A stretch of DNA of 64,000 nt from Oculina patagonica (GCF_052425735.1 NC_135761.1:13020001-13084000); one strand, 5' to 3'. Numbered from the stretch's first letter, positions 13,212-26,925 are shown. A program made the numbers and translations. The notes: generated by a model not told the origin, from the letters alone.

Positions 13212-16200
13212 ATGGGGCAGTTATCGACTAAATTGCAAAGACAGGTGAAAGCGCGAAAGGAACAAAAAGGAGATGGCATGGGAAGGCACTTAATCAGAAT
13301 GGAAGAACACGACGAAGATAGGAGAGTCGCTAAAGAAGAAAGAAGAGTGTCGACAGTGCAGAAAAAACAAGTTCCTAATTTGCAAAGAGTGGAAAACCAA
13401 CAAGTTAATGACGAAGTCGCCCAACGGAAAGAGAGAAGACAAATACAACTGACATCGAAAGATCAACAAATAACACATCTGGAAAGACAAGAGGAAGGGA
13501 GAAACCAACATATTATTGATCTACAACGACAGGTGAGAGAATTTTCGGGGGGAGATCAACTAGTTTCTGATCGATATTTGAAAAGGCAAATGACAGCGAG
13601 AGATCAACATGTTACTGATTTGCAAACACAATTGACAGCGAGTGAAGAACATGTAAATGAGCTACAAAAACAATTGAAAGCGAGTGACCAACTAGTGAAT
13701 GATCTGCAGGAACAAGTGACTGATCTCCAAAAACAGTTGAGAGCGAGTGACGAACATGTGACTGATATGCAAAAACAATTGTCAGCGAGTGACCAACAAG
13801 TTTTTGATCTGCAAAAACAAGTGGAAGGGGTGAACAAACATATTACTGATCTACAAAGACAAGCGAGAGAGCAATTGACAGCGACAAAAGAACAAGTTTC
13901 TGCTCAGAAAAGACAACTTAGAGCGATGGATCAACAAGTTAGCGATCTGCAAAAACAAGTGAAAGCAAGTGAGCAACAAGTTGACGATCTGCAAAAACAA
14001 GTTACTTATCTTCAAGAAAAATTGACAGCGAGTGACCAACTAGTGACTGAACTTCAAAGGCAAGTGTCAGGGAGTTTCCACCAAGTTTCTGATCTGCAAA
14101 GTGACCAGAAGATGACTGATCTGCAAAGGCAACTGAAAGCAAGAGACCAACAATTTGCTGATTTGCAAAAGCAAAAGACAGCAAAAGATCGACTAGTGGC
14201 TAATCTGCAAAAACACGTGACAGCGAGTGAGCAACAAGTTGATGATCTGCAAAGACAAATAAAAGCGAGAGACCAACGATTTTCTGATTTGCAAAAGCAA
14301 GAGACAGTAAAAGATCAACAAGTTATTGATCTGCAAAGACAACTGAATAAAAGAGACCAGCAACTAAGTAAACTGCAAAGACAACTGACTGCAAAAGATC
14401 GACAAGCTACTTATCTGCAAACACAATTGACAGCGACTGACCAACTAGTGACTAGCCTGCAAAAACAAGTGACAGCGAGTGACCAAAAAGGTGATGATCT
14501 GCAAAGACAACTGATAGCGAGAAACCAACAATTTGCTGATTTGCAAAAGCAAGAGACAGTAAAAGATCGACAAGCTACTGATGTGCAAAGACAACTGAAT
14601 GGAAGAGAACAGCAACTTAGTAATTTGCAAAGACAACTGACTGCAAAAGTTCGACAAGCTACTGATGTGCAAAGACAACTGAAGGTGAGAGACCAACAAT
14701 TTTCTGATTTGCAAAAGCAAGAGACAGTAAAAGATCAACAAGTTATTGATCTGCAAAGACAACTGAATAAAAGAGACCAGCAACTAAGTAAACTGCAAAG
14801 ACAACTGACTGCAAAAGATCGACAAACTACTTATCTGCAAAGACAACTGAATGCAAGAAACCAGCAGGATATTAATCTGCAAAGACAACTGACTGCAAAA
14901 GATCGACAAGCTACCGATCTTAAAAGACAACTGACAGTTAGAGACCAGCGAGTTAGTGATCTGCAAGGAAAGTTGACAGAGAGAGATCGACAAGTTGCTA
15001 ACCTTCAGCGTCAGTTAAGAGAAAATGAGGAAGTTTGCTTGAGAAGGCAAGAAAGAGAGCTTACTGATTTGCAAAAGCAATGGATGACAAAGGACCGACA
15101 AGTTACTGACCTTCAAGGTCAGTCACGACAAAAAGGAAAAGACATTAGAAGGCTAAAAAGACAATCGAACAGGACAGGACAGGACATATTGAGTAGGCGA
15201 TCAAGCTGGTATGACGGAGAGCTTGCTGACCTGCAAGTGCAGCTGGAACAAAGAGACCAACAAGTTACTGGTCTGCAAGGACAGCTGACAGCGAAAAACC
15301 GACAATCGAGCCGGGATAAACGAGCGATCACAGAACTGCAAATGCAACTGGCACAAAGAAACCAACAATATACTGATCTGCAGAGGCAATGGTCGACAAA
15401 AGACCGACAAGTAACTGACCTTCAATGTCAGTTAAGAGAAAGAAGAGAAGTTTTCAGAAGGCTGACTAGTCAATCGAGCAGGGATGAACGGCAGATTACT
15501 GAGCTTCAAATAGAGCTGGCACAAATCAATCAACAATTTACAGAACTGCAAGGACAAGTGACAGAGAGAGAGCGACAAGTCACTGACGCACGGCGTCAGT
15601 TAAGAGAAAATGAGGAAGTTTGCTTGAGAAGGCAAGAAAGAGAGCTTACTGATTTGCAAAAGCAATGGATGACAAAGGACCGACAAGTTACTGACCTTCA
15701 AGGTCAGTCACGACAAAAAGGAAAAGACATTAGAAGGCTAAAAAGACAATCGAACAGGACAGGACAGGACATATTGAGTAGGCGATCAAGCTGGTATGAC
15801 GGAGAGCTTGCTGACCTGCAAGTGCAGCTGGAACAAAGAGACCAACAAGTTACTGGTCTGCAAGGACAGCTGACAGCGAAAAACCGACAATCGAGCCGGG
15901 ATAAACGAGCGATCACAGAACTGCAAATGCAACTGGCACAAAGAAACCAACAATATACTGATCTGCAGAGGCAATGGTCGACAAAAGACCGACAAGTAAC
16001 TGACCTTCAATGTCAGTTAAGAGAAAGAAGAGAAGTTTTCAGAAGGCTGACTAGTCAATCGAGCAGGGATGAACGGCAGATTACTGAGCTTCAAATAGAG
16101 CTGGCACAAATCAATCAACAATTTACAGAACTGCAAGGACAAGTGACAGAGAGAGAGCGACAAGTCACTGACGCACGGCGTCACTTAAGAGGAAACGAGG

Positions 16201-16943
16201 AAGAATTCAGAAGGCTGCGAAGTCAATCGAGCCAGGATGACCGAGAGATTACTGACCTGCAAATGCAATTGGCAGCAACGGACCTAGAAAGGGACCAACA
16301 TGTCGCTGACTTGCAAAGACAAGTAGACACGATGAGAAATCGTGCGACTGAACTACAACAAACTCACACGCACGGCTGGGTAATAAATCGGAATGAAATA
16401 ATGCTTAAAACAGATGAACTTCTGGGAGAAGGTGCATGGGGGAGAGTTGTTCAAGGAAAATTTCGCCGCAGTAATGTTGCTGTAAAACAAATCCATGAAG
16501 TCCTTCTGTCTCGTTACAGCAGGACAGTTTTTGAGCGAGAAGTGGGTATTGCTTCAAGATGCCGCCATCCGTGCTTGCTGCAGTTTATTGGAGCAATCAA
16601 CGATGATGAAGGACTATTGCTAGTAACGGAACTCATGGATCGTAGCTTGAGATCACTGTACGAAGAGCGACCACTCACAGAAAGGGAAATTTCTGTTATT
16701 GCGCTGGATGTAGCTCAAGCACTAAACTACCTTCATCAATACAAACCCGATCCCATCATCCACCGTGACATCAGCAGTGCAAATGTGTTGCTATGGCGAC
16801 AGGGTGAGCAATGGAGAGGCAAAGTGTCAGATTTTGGCACTGCTAATGTTGTCCGACAATGCACAAGAGACGATCCTGGAACTGCGATTTACTGCGCACC
16901 TGAGACCCTTGGTGGAGCCCGGGATCAAATCATCAGCTGTAAG
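13212..16943 (+). CDS. Kinase copy C main exon: ~1050-aa coiled coil + TKL-type protein kinase (~1311 aa with last exon)
   Basis: ATG in MGQLST; heptad repeats; GEGAWG, VAVK, HRDISSAN, DFG, APE; donor aag|gttagc. Confidence 0.9.
15008..16183 (+). repeat. Apparently perfect in-frame 585-bp (195-aa) tandem duplication within copy C
   Basis: Identical translated blocks at offset 585; identical antisense ORFs at 15119/15704 and 15201/15786. Confidence 0.95.
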
Positions 16944-17572
16944 GTTAGCTATGTATACTCTCGGTAATATACTCGGCGGCCTTGGGCAAAGCAATCAATG
17001 ACTTCATATTTTAAAAAATAAGAGGAAACATTTGTATGATTTCTCATTGTTGATTTATCATTGAAGTAAATTGGTTCTAGTTCAATTAGGGGGCGTTCTA
17101 ACATATTTGCGTACTGCTTTAAAATATATGTAATCACATTATTTTGGACTTCTTGATGAATACATTCCTGCTTAAATTATACCCCACACCAAGAGAATAT
17201 TCATTTTCTCTTGCCCACAAGCAGTGGCTTAATCTTTCTTTCTTTTTTCGAGAAATCCTAAACGTATTGGTTAACAATGTAGTTATTGCACATCGATACT
17301 GCACAATATGAATTCCCTCAGTGTTAATGTCTGCAGTGAATAACAGGAGTGATAGAAGCCACAAGAACATCAGATGTCATCCTTTTTAGTTTTGGAATAA
17401 ATGTCATTTGTTTTCCGCCTGTTATGTTTGGTTAGTTTGAAGTCCATTAAGTTCTCTTACTGGTTTGGTTTATAATTACAATTAAAGTGAAATAGATATA
17501 TATCGCTGGTGATTATTTTTCATTCCAACTGTCATGCTACCAAAACTAGTGAAATGTTCTGTTATATATCAG

Positions 17573-17776
17573 ATCGATGTTTACAGTTTTGGTGTCCTCC
17601 TTTGCGAGATGTGGATCCGAGAATTGCCAAGTCCCCAACAGCGTGGAATGCAAATATCCCGTATGATGAACTGCTGGTTTCAAGAGCTCGTGATACGCTG
17701 TGTGCAAATAGAGCCTGGGACAAGACCAAATATGGAAGATATGATTGATGGACTCGAGTATTTTGTGGTTCCTTAA
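17573..17776 (+). CDS. Kinase copy C last exon
   Basis: ag|IDVYSFGVLLCEM...RPNMEDMIDGLEYFVVP*. Confidence 0.88.
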   Translation: MDVYSFGVLLCEMWIRELPSPQQRGMQISRMMNCWFQELVIRCVQIEPGTRPNMEDMIDGLEYFVVP

Positions 17777-18382
17777 AGTGAATAGATTTAACGTACTGTT
17801 TTATTGCTATTTAAAACCTGGTTAGCTTAAAAAAATAAATCGCCGAGCGCCGTGATTTAGCCACAGGTAAAGAAGGGTACGCGGTGGCGTTGGCAATGGG
17901 AGGATGTTGAATTCGAAGCCTAAAGCGATGTCCCACGAGTGACTTAATTTTCATTATACAAACGAGTCTTTCGGCGAGCATGGATTTTCATATTAAACGA
18001 CAAAACACTGGGTGCTGACTATTTTAGTTCGTGCATCTTTCTTCCATTTACACATAAGCAAATAGTAACACCTTATTAAAATCTTACGACGAGAAAACAT
18101 GTATTTATTTCATAAAAATGTGTTTACTTCACCGAGCTAACCTTAAGAAAAAACGTAACGAACTCCGAGTTGATTTACAATCGTATTTATGAGATACTAC
18201 TGAAAATGCAACCACATTCCAGCCTTTTGATTAGCTCAATTGTTCTTGGCGTGGAATTAATTGTTACGAAAGGATTTGCCGTTTTTTGGCCATTTCTATT
18301 TTGAAAATCATTATTAACGGTAATAAGCTAAAATAATAAAGTATTTTTCGTTTGTCTCACGACGTAGTCACGTGTGATGGAG

Positions 18383-18426
18383 ATCGCGACGTTTCGACTG
18401 CACACTGCTAGTCTTCATCAGGCGAT
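18383..18426 (-). ncRNA. Minimal type I hammerhead ribozyme (PLE-associated)
   Basis: Exact reverse complement of 19849-19892. Confidence 0.8.
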
Positions 18427-19848
18427 AAGGTCGACTGGTTGTGCGTGAACTTATAAAGCACGCTGCTGCGCTGTGATTGGTTGGTTTTCAACAGCTGTGA
18501 TTGGTGCATTTCGATCCTCGCTGTTTCTGTGTCCTGTTGTTCTCTCAGCGGTCCGCTGTCGTACAGTTCTCCTGTTGTTGTGTTTTTTGATCGTGGGCAT
18601 CCATGCTTCAGGAATTTCAATTCCATTATCCCTGTTGATATTATTAGGGTGAAGTCTTATATGAATTGCCTCGTTGACCCTGCGTTTGTACCAGTGTGGG
18701 TCACGATCAATAAACTTTACCTCATTCTAAAGCGGGTAGTGTCCGGTGTTGTTGGTGTGTTCTGCAACGGCGGAGGTCTGGGTACGGGCGAGTCGGATGT
18801 CCTGGTCGTGCTCTTTTATCCTGTCTTGCATAGGTCTTCTCGTCTCACCGATGTAAACTTTGCCACATTCACAGGGAATCCTTAGTGGAATCAACAGCGT
18901 CTTTCGGCCATACTAGGTGTGATCGTAGTGTGCTTTCCGACTTGAAAACAGTCCGCACGCCTTGTTGTTGTAGGCAGCGGCGAAGTTGTTCGGAAAAACC
19001 TTTGACGTAGGGCAAAACCGCAGTGGATTTAAACTCAGTCGAGGGTTCAGCATTGGTGCTCGGTTTTCTGGTCTTGGTGATCTTATGCAAGAAAGAAAAA
19101 GGATAACCATTAGATACAAGAACAGATGACAGATGTTTTTTTCTCCTTGGAGATAACAGATGGTTTTGTTACGAGGCGTTTAGCACGCTCGTAAATGAGC
19201 AATGCTGAACCCTCGACCGAGTTTAAATCCAGTGCGGTTTGCCCTACGTCAAAGGTCTTTCCGAACAACTTCGCCGCTGCCTACAACAACAAGGCGTGCG
19301 GACTGTTTTCAAGTCGGAAACCACACTACGATCACACCTAGCACGGCCGAAAGACGCTGTTGATTCCACTAAGCAAGATGGCGTTGTTTACAGGATTCTC
19401 TGTGAATGTGGCAAAGTTTACATCGGTGAGACGGGAAGACCTATGCAAGACAGGATAAAAAGAGCACGACCGGGACATCCGACTCGCCCGTACCCAGACC
19501 TCCGCCGTTGCAGAACACACCAACAACACCGGACACTACCCGCTTTGGAATAAGGTAAAGTTTATTGATCGTGACCCACACTGGTACAAACGCAGGGTCG
19601 AAGAGGCAATTCACATAAGACTTCACCCTAATAATATCAACAGGGATAATGGAATTGAAATTCCTGAGGCATGGATGCCCACGATCAAAAAACACAACAA
19701 CAGGAGAATTGTACGACAGCGGACCGCTGAGAGAACAACAGGACACAGAAACAGCGAGGATCAAAATGTACTAATCACAGCTGTTGAAAACCGACCAATC
19801 ACAGCGCAGCAGCGTGCTTTATAAGTTCACGCACAACCGGTCGACCTT

Positions 19849-19892
19849 ATCGCCTGATGAAGACTAGCAGTGTGCAGTCGAAACGTCGCGAT
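19849..19892 (+). ncRNA. Minimal type I hammerhead ribozyme (PLE-associated)
   Basis: ATCGC-CTGATGA-A-GAC(tagcagtgtgca)GTC-GAAAC-GTC-GCGAT: stem I ATCGC/GCGAT, both core boxes, stem II and GUC cleavage triplet. Confidence 0.8.
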
Positions 19893-22119
19893 CTCCATCA
19901 CACGTGACTACGTCGTGAGACAAACGAAAAATACTTTATTATTATACTCTACGACGATGAATAACCCCAAATTTTTTTGCGATAATAAGCTAAAATGTCT
20001 TTATTTCCTGGTAATAAGTTCGAGCATCAGTTGTGCTCCTTGTAGATAAGTTGTTTTCAGAAAGATAGCGGCTGTCATTAGAATTTTGAATGGCCTATTG
20101 GATGGTTTCGTTTCACAATTAATTTTTTTATTGAGTATTTCTTTTTGTAGAAGTGCATTTGTATATAAAACATAAGTCCATCACAATATGTTTCATTACT
20201 CAACAAACAGAGCTCAATCTAAATGAGCTGTAATTAATTTAGAATTTGTAAACAAGATTCACAAATGAGTCACTTATACCTTCTCACTTGGGAGATCTTC
20301 AAAAGCGAACAAACGTACCTGCATTTTTTCGTTGGAAAGCATTGCGTGACGATTTGCTGTAACGACCTCCAGGTAAACGAGAAGCTTTTTACTTCCTTCC
20401 AGTGTTCCAGCATTTCGTTTCAGTTAATTAGCAGAAGCAACTTCTAAAATCATACATTAAAGATTTGGAAATTAAAAGCAGGACCAATTCTCAAATATAG
20501 TCTAATTAGCTCGACTACACTAAAATTTAAGAACGCCTTATTAAAGGCTCGCTGTCACGCAACTTCCGCATTAGCTCATTAAATGTTTTCAAATGACTCA
20601 GTGTCGACTGTCGTTTAATTGGCTGTAGGAAACGTTATCTCAAAGTTTTGACGAAAAAAGCCCGATAACTTTTGAAGAATTTCTTCCCTGAAGAAGACAA
20701 ATCAATCGTTTTAAGAAACGTCTATACTCGACGGAACAACACGATCAAGGAGAGAGAAAGGTGAGTAGATGCGAATTCATGATCAGCCACGGTGATGTTT
20801 GTTACCATTAAGAGAGCACTCGAGTAACTAGAGTGGGGAATATTCTTGTTGGACTGGAACAGAAAGAGGCAAAAAATGGAAATGTGCAAGTTGGGTCGAC
20901 TGTATTACTTTCCCTTTTCAACTAGGAAGTGAAATGTGCCGTTTATGATTGCGGGCCTGTCCTTATAAGCGCGGAAGTGGAAAGAGTTTCATTTTAACTG
21001 CCGCTTACCCCCACAGCAACAGAAGCGTTAGAACAATCTCACCTTGCTTCTCGCTGAGAGAGAACTGGATGAGCGGTCAGTTGATTTGAAGTAATGATTA
21101 CGCCACTATCTAGTAAAGTGAATTAGAGCTTCGTATGAATTTTATCTCTGAACATCAAGCGGCAAGTTTCCGCCTATATCCTGTTTTGATCTGTTACCGT
21201 TTGATTTGAAGTTTACGCAGACGGAAGTAAGCAACCAGGAAGTACAAACGAACGCCATATATGATCATCATAGATCAACAATCGATCAATTGAATTATCT
21301 GAAACCGAAATATTGTGATTGTTGATTTCACTTTCAAATTATGTAGAATGAAATTTGAACTGCTGCAATGTGGTTTTGTTGTTGAATATGAAGTGTTCAT
21401 TAACTATATATTGCGAATCTTGCAAGCGAAGAAGCCGGAAGTGGTTTTGTTTCACTACAGCACGGCAAGTGAAGCGAAACACCCTGCGTTCCTTCAATCG
21501 TAATCACAGATTAAATACGCAACTTTTTGTCTTAACTTTCTTTGGCGACCCCCTCCTTCTGATCCTTCTGGGTCGCCTAAGAACAATAAATAACAAGTCA
21601 TATTGATAACAATATCCCCAGCCCTAGAAATCAAAAGAGCTTGTGTTTACGACGGGCGAATGAGAATAGAGGTTCCAGAGAGGTCGTGTCTTACTGCCCC
21701 TTCTAACTCACAGTGCTATAGTCTTTGTTCAGTGTTGACCAAGGAGAGGTAATCAGGCTTGCACAATAATATTGTTTTAGATCCATAAAAGAACGGTAAT
21801 GCTCGATAATGCAATTTGAGAGTATTTTTACTGTCGATTGAAGTTATTTCATGTTTCCTTTCTTGAATTTTTGTTATAGATATGATTATTTCCATTCTAT
21901 AAACCACGCTTAAATTATGCCGTAGAAGAAGAAGAAGAAGAAGACGACGGAAGACGCTGACATATGCTTTTATAAAACAAAACAGTTAAAGGCGTATACG
22001 GAACTCTTGTGAGTTGTGACAAGAGTTTAGAATCTTCAAACAGAAAATTAAGACAAACGAGAACGCTATATTACACTAATCCTCTAGTGAAGGAAAAAAA
22101 TAGAAGTTTAAGGAAAGAG

Positions 22120-22917
22120 ATGGGACAGCAACTGAGTAACCTGCGAAGCCAAAGACGACAAATTACTGACCTGCAACGTCAATTACGTGAAAAAGACCAA
22201 ACTATCACAAATCTGAGAAATCAGTCCAGGGTGGAGGACCTTCAGATTACTGCCCTGAATATCGAAGTGGCAACAAGGGACCAACAAGTTGCTCACTTGC
22301 AAAGTCAAGTAGACACGCTGAGAACTCGTGTGACTGAACTAGAACAGACTAACTCGCGTGACTGGGTGATAAATCTGAATGAAATAAGCTTAATGCGAGA
22401 TGAACGGCTTGGGAAAGGTGCATGGGGGAGTGTTTACCAGGGAAAATTTCGCCGCTGTAATGTTGCCGTAAAACAAATACACAACGAAGTTCTTAACAGG
22501 GCGTATTTTGAACGAGAAGTAGGCATTGCTTCAAGATGCCGCCATCCTTGCTTGTTGCAGTTTATTGGAGCAACCAACGACCAAAGGCCATTGATAGTAA
22601 CGGAGCTCATGGAAGGTAGCTTGAGATCATTATATGAAGAGCGACCACTCACTGAAAGGGAAATATCCGTTTTTTCGCTGGATGTAGCTCAAGCACTAAA
22701 CTATCTTCACCTATTCAACCCCAATCCCATCATCCACCGCGATATTAGTAGTGCCAATGTGTTGTTATGGCGACAGGGTGACCAATGGAGAGGCAAAGTG
22801 TCAGATTATGGCACTGCTAATTTCGTACGGCAATGCACGAGAGACGATCCTGGAGCTGTTATTTACTGCGCACCTGAGACCCTCAGTGTAGCACAGAATC
22901 AAATTATCAGCTGTAAG
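22120..22917 (+). CDS. Kinase copy D main exon: ~80-aa N-terminal coiled coil + TKL-type kinase (~330 aa total)
   Basis: MGQQLS start; GKGAWG, VAVK, HRDISSAN, DYG, APE; donor aag|gtcagt. Confidence 0.9.
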
Positions 22918-23565
22918 GTCAGTAGCTTATTCTTATTTGTACTTGGCAAAAGTACTCTTCTACGCCTTCTTCGACCGAACACTAGAAAAGGTTCAATTTG
23001 AGCAACTTCAAATGCGATACCTGTAATTGGATACCTACGTCACTCATGCGTCAATTGCGAGCATTTTTAAATAGGTTCTTTCCCGCTGTCTCTGTGCTGT
23101 TTTGTTAAACTGATTGCCTTAAATTATTGACATTTTTACTAAACGTAGTTTCCTCCAGACCTCCCAAACATTGGCTCTTGTTATTGTTACAAATAATACG
23201 TATCTGAACCTCGTGTAGTACAATTCAAAGATTAATTTCAAATTCAAGGAGTTCAGTTTCGAGATCGACCAAGTGCTGCGCGCTCAGTTGATTTCGGAAT
23301 TATTCGTCTGATTACATTCTGAATTGTACTTCAGTCGGTCCAATTACCATTACTTATCATCACCACCATCACACCAAACGAGGAATGCAGCTGACATGAA
23401 ACACAAGTGTGAACGTAAATTAGAACTTCTCAGTAAAGTTACACGAAGAAACTTAAAAAAGGACATATCACGCGATGACATGTTGACAGCAACATGCCGT
23501 CTCAGTCACATCGGCCATTTGCGGAGTTAAATGGTTGTAAAAGTATTGAATTCTTTCCTTAATAG

Positions 23566-23760
23566 GTTGATGTGTACAGTTTTGGCGTTCTTCTCTGTGA
23601 AATGTGCATCCGGGAATTGCCAGATCCTCAAAGGCGTGATGAACAAGTCAGACGAGTGGCAAACCAAAGGCTTCTGAGACGCCTGATAACACCATGTCTG
23701 CAAGCCACGCCTGGATCAAGACCAGATATGGACGAAATTATTACTGAACTTGAAAACTAA
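23566..23760 (+). CDS. Kinase copy D last exon
   Basis: ag|VDVYSFGVLLCEMCIRELPDPQRRDEQV...RPDMDEIITELEN*. Confidence 0.88.
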   Translation, partial: VDVYSFGVLLCEMCIRELPDPQRRDEQVRRVANQRLLRRLITPCLQATPGSRPDMDEIITELEN

Positions 23761-24293
23761 TTAATGACATGTCAGTCACATTTTTCGTAGTACCAGCAGG
23801 CATACCGTAACCACGAGTACGGTATAGAGAGATTTAAGTGTCTTTATCTTCTATTTGAAAATGAATCGAAGAGTATGTTAACCCTTTATCTCCCATGAAG
23901 CTTATTTGTCGTGCAACGCTTTTGTCACTTTCAAAAGTTTCTCGAGTTAAGTAGAGGTTAAGCCAATAATATCGATTGTTATACAAATTTAAAGTGAAAA
24001 CAAATAGGACAGGATAGGACAAATGATCCTGACCCAAAGCATGCCGAGAAGCATTATAGTACCACTTCAAGAAACTTTTTTATTTTAAATGTTTGTTTCC
24101 TTTGTCTGAGTGGCACACCTGGAAACTACGCGAGCTATCTTAAAGCTTAGTGCATGACCACTGCTATATAAAAAACATTTAAATTCTTTTTACATAAGTG
24201 TATTTAACACTGGTCACGGACGCGCTTGTTTCACTGGTGACCGTTATTATTATTATTGTTCCTTACCTTATTGAAGGAAAGTCACTTCACCAA

Positions 24294-24715
24294 CATTGCT
24301 TCAGACCATGCTGATATCATAATATACACTCAGTAAACACTCAGTAGTAAACACTCAGTTCATGTGGCGAATACTTAACAGCAGTCGGGTTAGCCTAATA
24401 AACCTTCCGGTTAGGCTTCATAGCACTCCACGATAGCCTTGTTAGCACTCTGAAGAGCGCTCTGGTTAGCCTAAATAGCTCTCGTGTTAGCCTACTTTAG
24501 CTATGATGGCTTGCGGTTAGCGTTTATATTGGGGTTAGCAATATAGCCAAACAAAATTCGTCGCTGGTCAAGGGGAGATGATTCCCTCTTGGTAGTCTGA
24601 CGACCGGGATTCGACTCCCTTTGGTGCCAACTTTTTTTTACTTAAAAATTTATGGGGTAATTATGATTTAACCTTATGTAAGTACAAGAAGTCTAGAACA
24701 TGGTCTGAAGCAATG
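24294..24715. mobile_element. MITE with 17-bp TIRs, internal GTTAGC repeats and a tRNA-like segment
   Basis: cattgcttcagaccatg / catggtctgaagcaatg. Confidence 0.6.
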
Positions 24716-25257
24716 CTTGGTAGTAATTTTCCTATTATTGAAGAACTTATTGACGAGAAAAAAAATGATCTTGACCCTAAGCATGCCAAGAACAAGAAGA
24801 AGCATGGCGATGACAATAATACCGCTTCATAAAACCATTGAAACGTTCGGACGTTTATGGATTTGCAGTTATTTCAAGAGGTTCACAATGATCTGACATG
24901 TAACCGGCTGTCAAAAAGTAACAACTTGTGAGAAGGAAATTTAATGATTACTCCTACTTTGACCACATCCCCACAAATCCGTTAGTATTGGTTTATGACC
25001 AAAGCACTTCACTTTCTATTAGAAACTTCCAGTTTTTTCCTGGGCTCCTCAGCTGCAGCAGCGACGCCGGCTTCAATAATTAACTAACATTTCCCCAACG
25101 ATCGCGAGCAACTGGGGACGAGGCAGAATCAATACTCTTCAGCTTCCCTGCCTTTTTATATTTAAATTCATGAATAGCCTATCCTTATATATACCTCTAG
25201 CCTGAAAAAGGGTTAAGAAAGCAGCAACCGTCACGCGTCCACGACTTTATTGATAGT

Positions 25258-25467
25258 GAGGCCCCAATAGGGGGAGTCCGAATACCCTTAATTTTTTGGC
25301 CTAAATATCCCGTATCCCTTTAATTTCTGTAAAACTTTGAAGTTCGATATCCTACAATCTCTTTTCTTAATATCCCGTATCCCTATAATTTTTCTCTGAA
25401 ATATCCCGTATCCCTATAATTTTTTTTCCCAAATATCCCGTATCCCTAAAACCCCTAATGGGGCCTC
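25258..25467. mobile_element. MITE with GAG..CTC termini and internal AATATCCCGTATCCCT repeats
   Basis: gaggccccaatagggg / cccctaatggggcctc; near-TSD gatagt/ggtagt. Confidence 0.75.
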
Positions 25468-26925
25468 GGTAGTCAAGGGCTCATATCACTTTATTATGTA
25501 CGCTGAATTTTGAAGAAGACCTTTATGTCACGCAACTTCCGTCAAAGCTGAAATCGCTTGATAAGGGCACTTTAACTTTCGCCTAAATCGCCCCGAGTAG
25601 AGGTAAACTTAATCTTCGACGAAAGACGCTAGGCGCTTTCTGAATATTTATTTCTCTGGAGACGACAAATCATTAATCTGAGAAAGTTAACATTCATTTA
25701 CACGGCAAAAGAACAACACCAAAGAGAACGAAAAGTAAGTGGATTTGAATTCCGCGATGTTTCTTGATAGGGCAATAGAATTTACTGAAGGTTTCTAATT
25801 CTGACGTTTTAGCGGTAGTAATGGACCCCTGGTGCTGGTTTTAGCGAAAGCAACTTTCAAATTCATAGAGTCTTAAACTCTAGAAAGCACCACACATCCC
25901 CAAATCAAAGTCTATGGATTTATTCATAGTACACTGATTTTAATGAATGCCATTGCTGCCATGCAATTTGGCCGCCAAAGCTCAATCGTTTTGTTGTAGA
26001 GCATTTCAAATATTGCTGTAAATCGCCCGGACGAAACGGAAACTCGACCTTCGGACGAAAGAATCATGGTAGTTTCTAAAGATTATAAATCAATAATGTG
26101 ACAATCTTCAATACTCGACAAAAGGGACAGAAAGGTGAGTAGATTTGAATTGATTATGTTCGCTGCCATAGTGTGAGAGCAACAGACTGAGAAAAAGATC
26201 TTGTTGGACTGGAACTAGCAAATGAATGTAGAAAAAGTGCTACCAATTGTCCAAATTGTGTAATTCAGGTTTTACATTTTTTGTGAAAGTCACATGAACT
26301 TTTCTTTGGTATTGGGAGCTAAGGAGGCCGGAAGAGTTTCACTTAAACTGCAACTTGCTGATCACTTAGCAACCAAAGCGTTCGAAACATGTTCCATCCC
26401 TTCTCACGATTTGAAACGATTCGAAAGGCGATATGACCACTCGTTCAAAGTAGCGGCGAAAAAATCATAAGAATTTGTATGATACTTTATGGATAAAGTT
26501 TCATATCGAAGAAAAAATATAATAATCGCCAGTAAAGTTAATAATTCACATCATTTACTCTTATTTAAAATATTACAAGGGAGAACAATCTCGTTGTCCA
26601 TTTGGCAGACAGTTGAATGTGAGCTCATCTGAGGTTATTTATACAGCATGCTTTTTAGTAGGCAACTGGCTTTTGTACGGGTTTAGCTTCTACACCGGGC
26701 TGCAGAGACCCAACCAAGTGAAGTCCAAACATATAGGAAACTGACAGCGAGGAAGTTTCATACTAAGTAATATCAGCTATATGTTAAAATAGGATTTGTG
26801 TACAGATCTGTTGTATCAAAGATAATCAAAGAAACAACATAAATAAACAATTAACGCCACGACTTAACATACGGCCATGTGAAAATCTAACTGCACTCTG
26901 ATAATATTTACAATTTTAATCCTAA

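Larger units (their letters stand above)
18335..19982. mobile_element. Penelope-like element, fold-back insertion (two inverted GIY-YIG/3'-end arms), 14-bp TSD
   Basis: GVVYRILCECGKVYIGETGR (GIY-YIG); 18335-19055 is the reverse complement of ~19200-19943; TAATAAGCTAAAAT at 18321-18334 and 19983-19996. Confidence 0.92.

Noticed and set aside
13290-16010. Many minus-strand Leu/Cys/Ser-rich ORFs (also 27157-28470 and 46170-48186)
   Set aside because: Antisense shadows of the repetitive coiled-coil and kinase exons
24560-24630. tRNA-like sequence
   Set aside because: Degenerate, no coherent cloverleaf, lies inside a MITE
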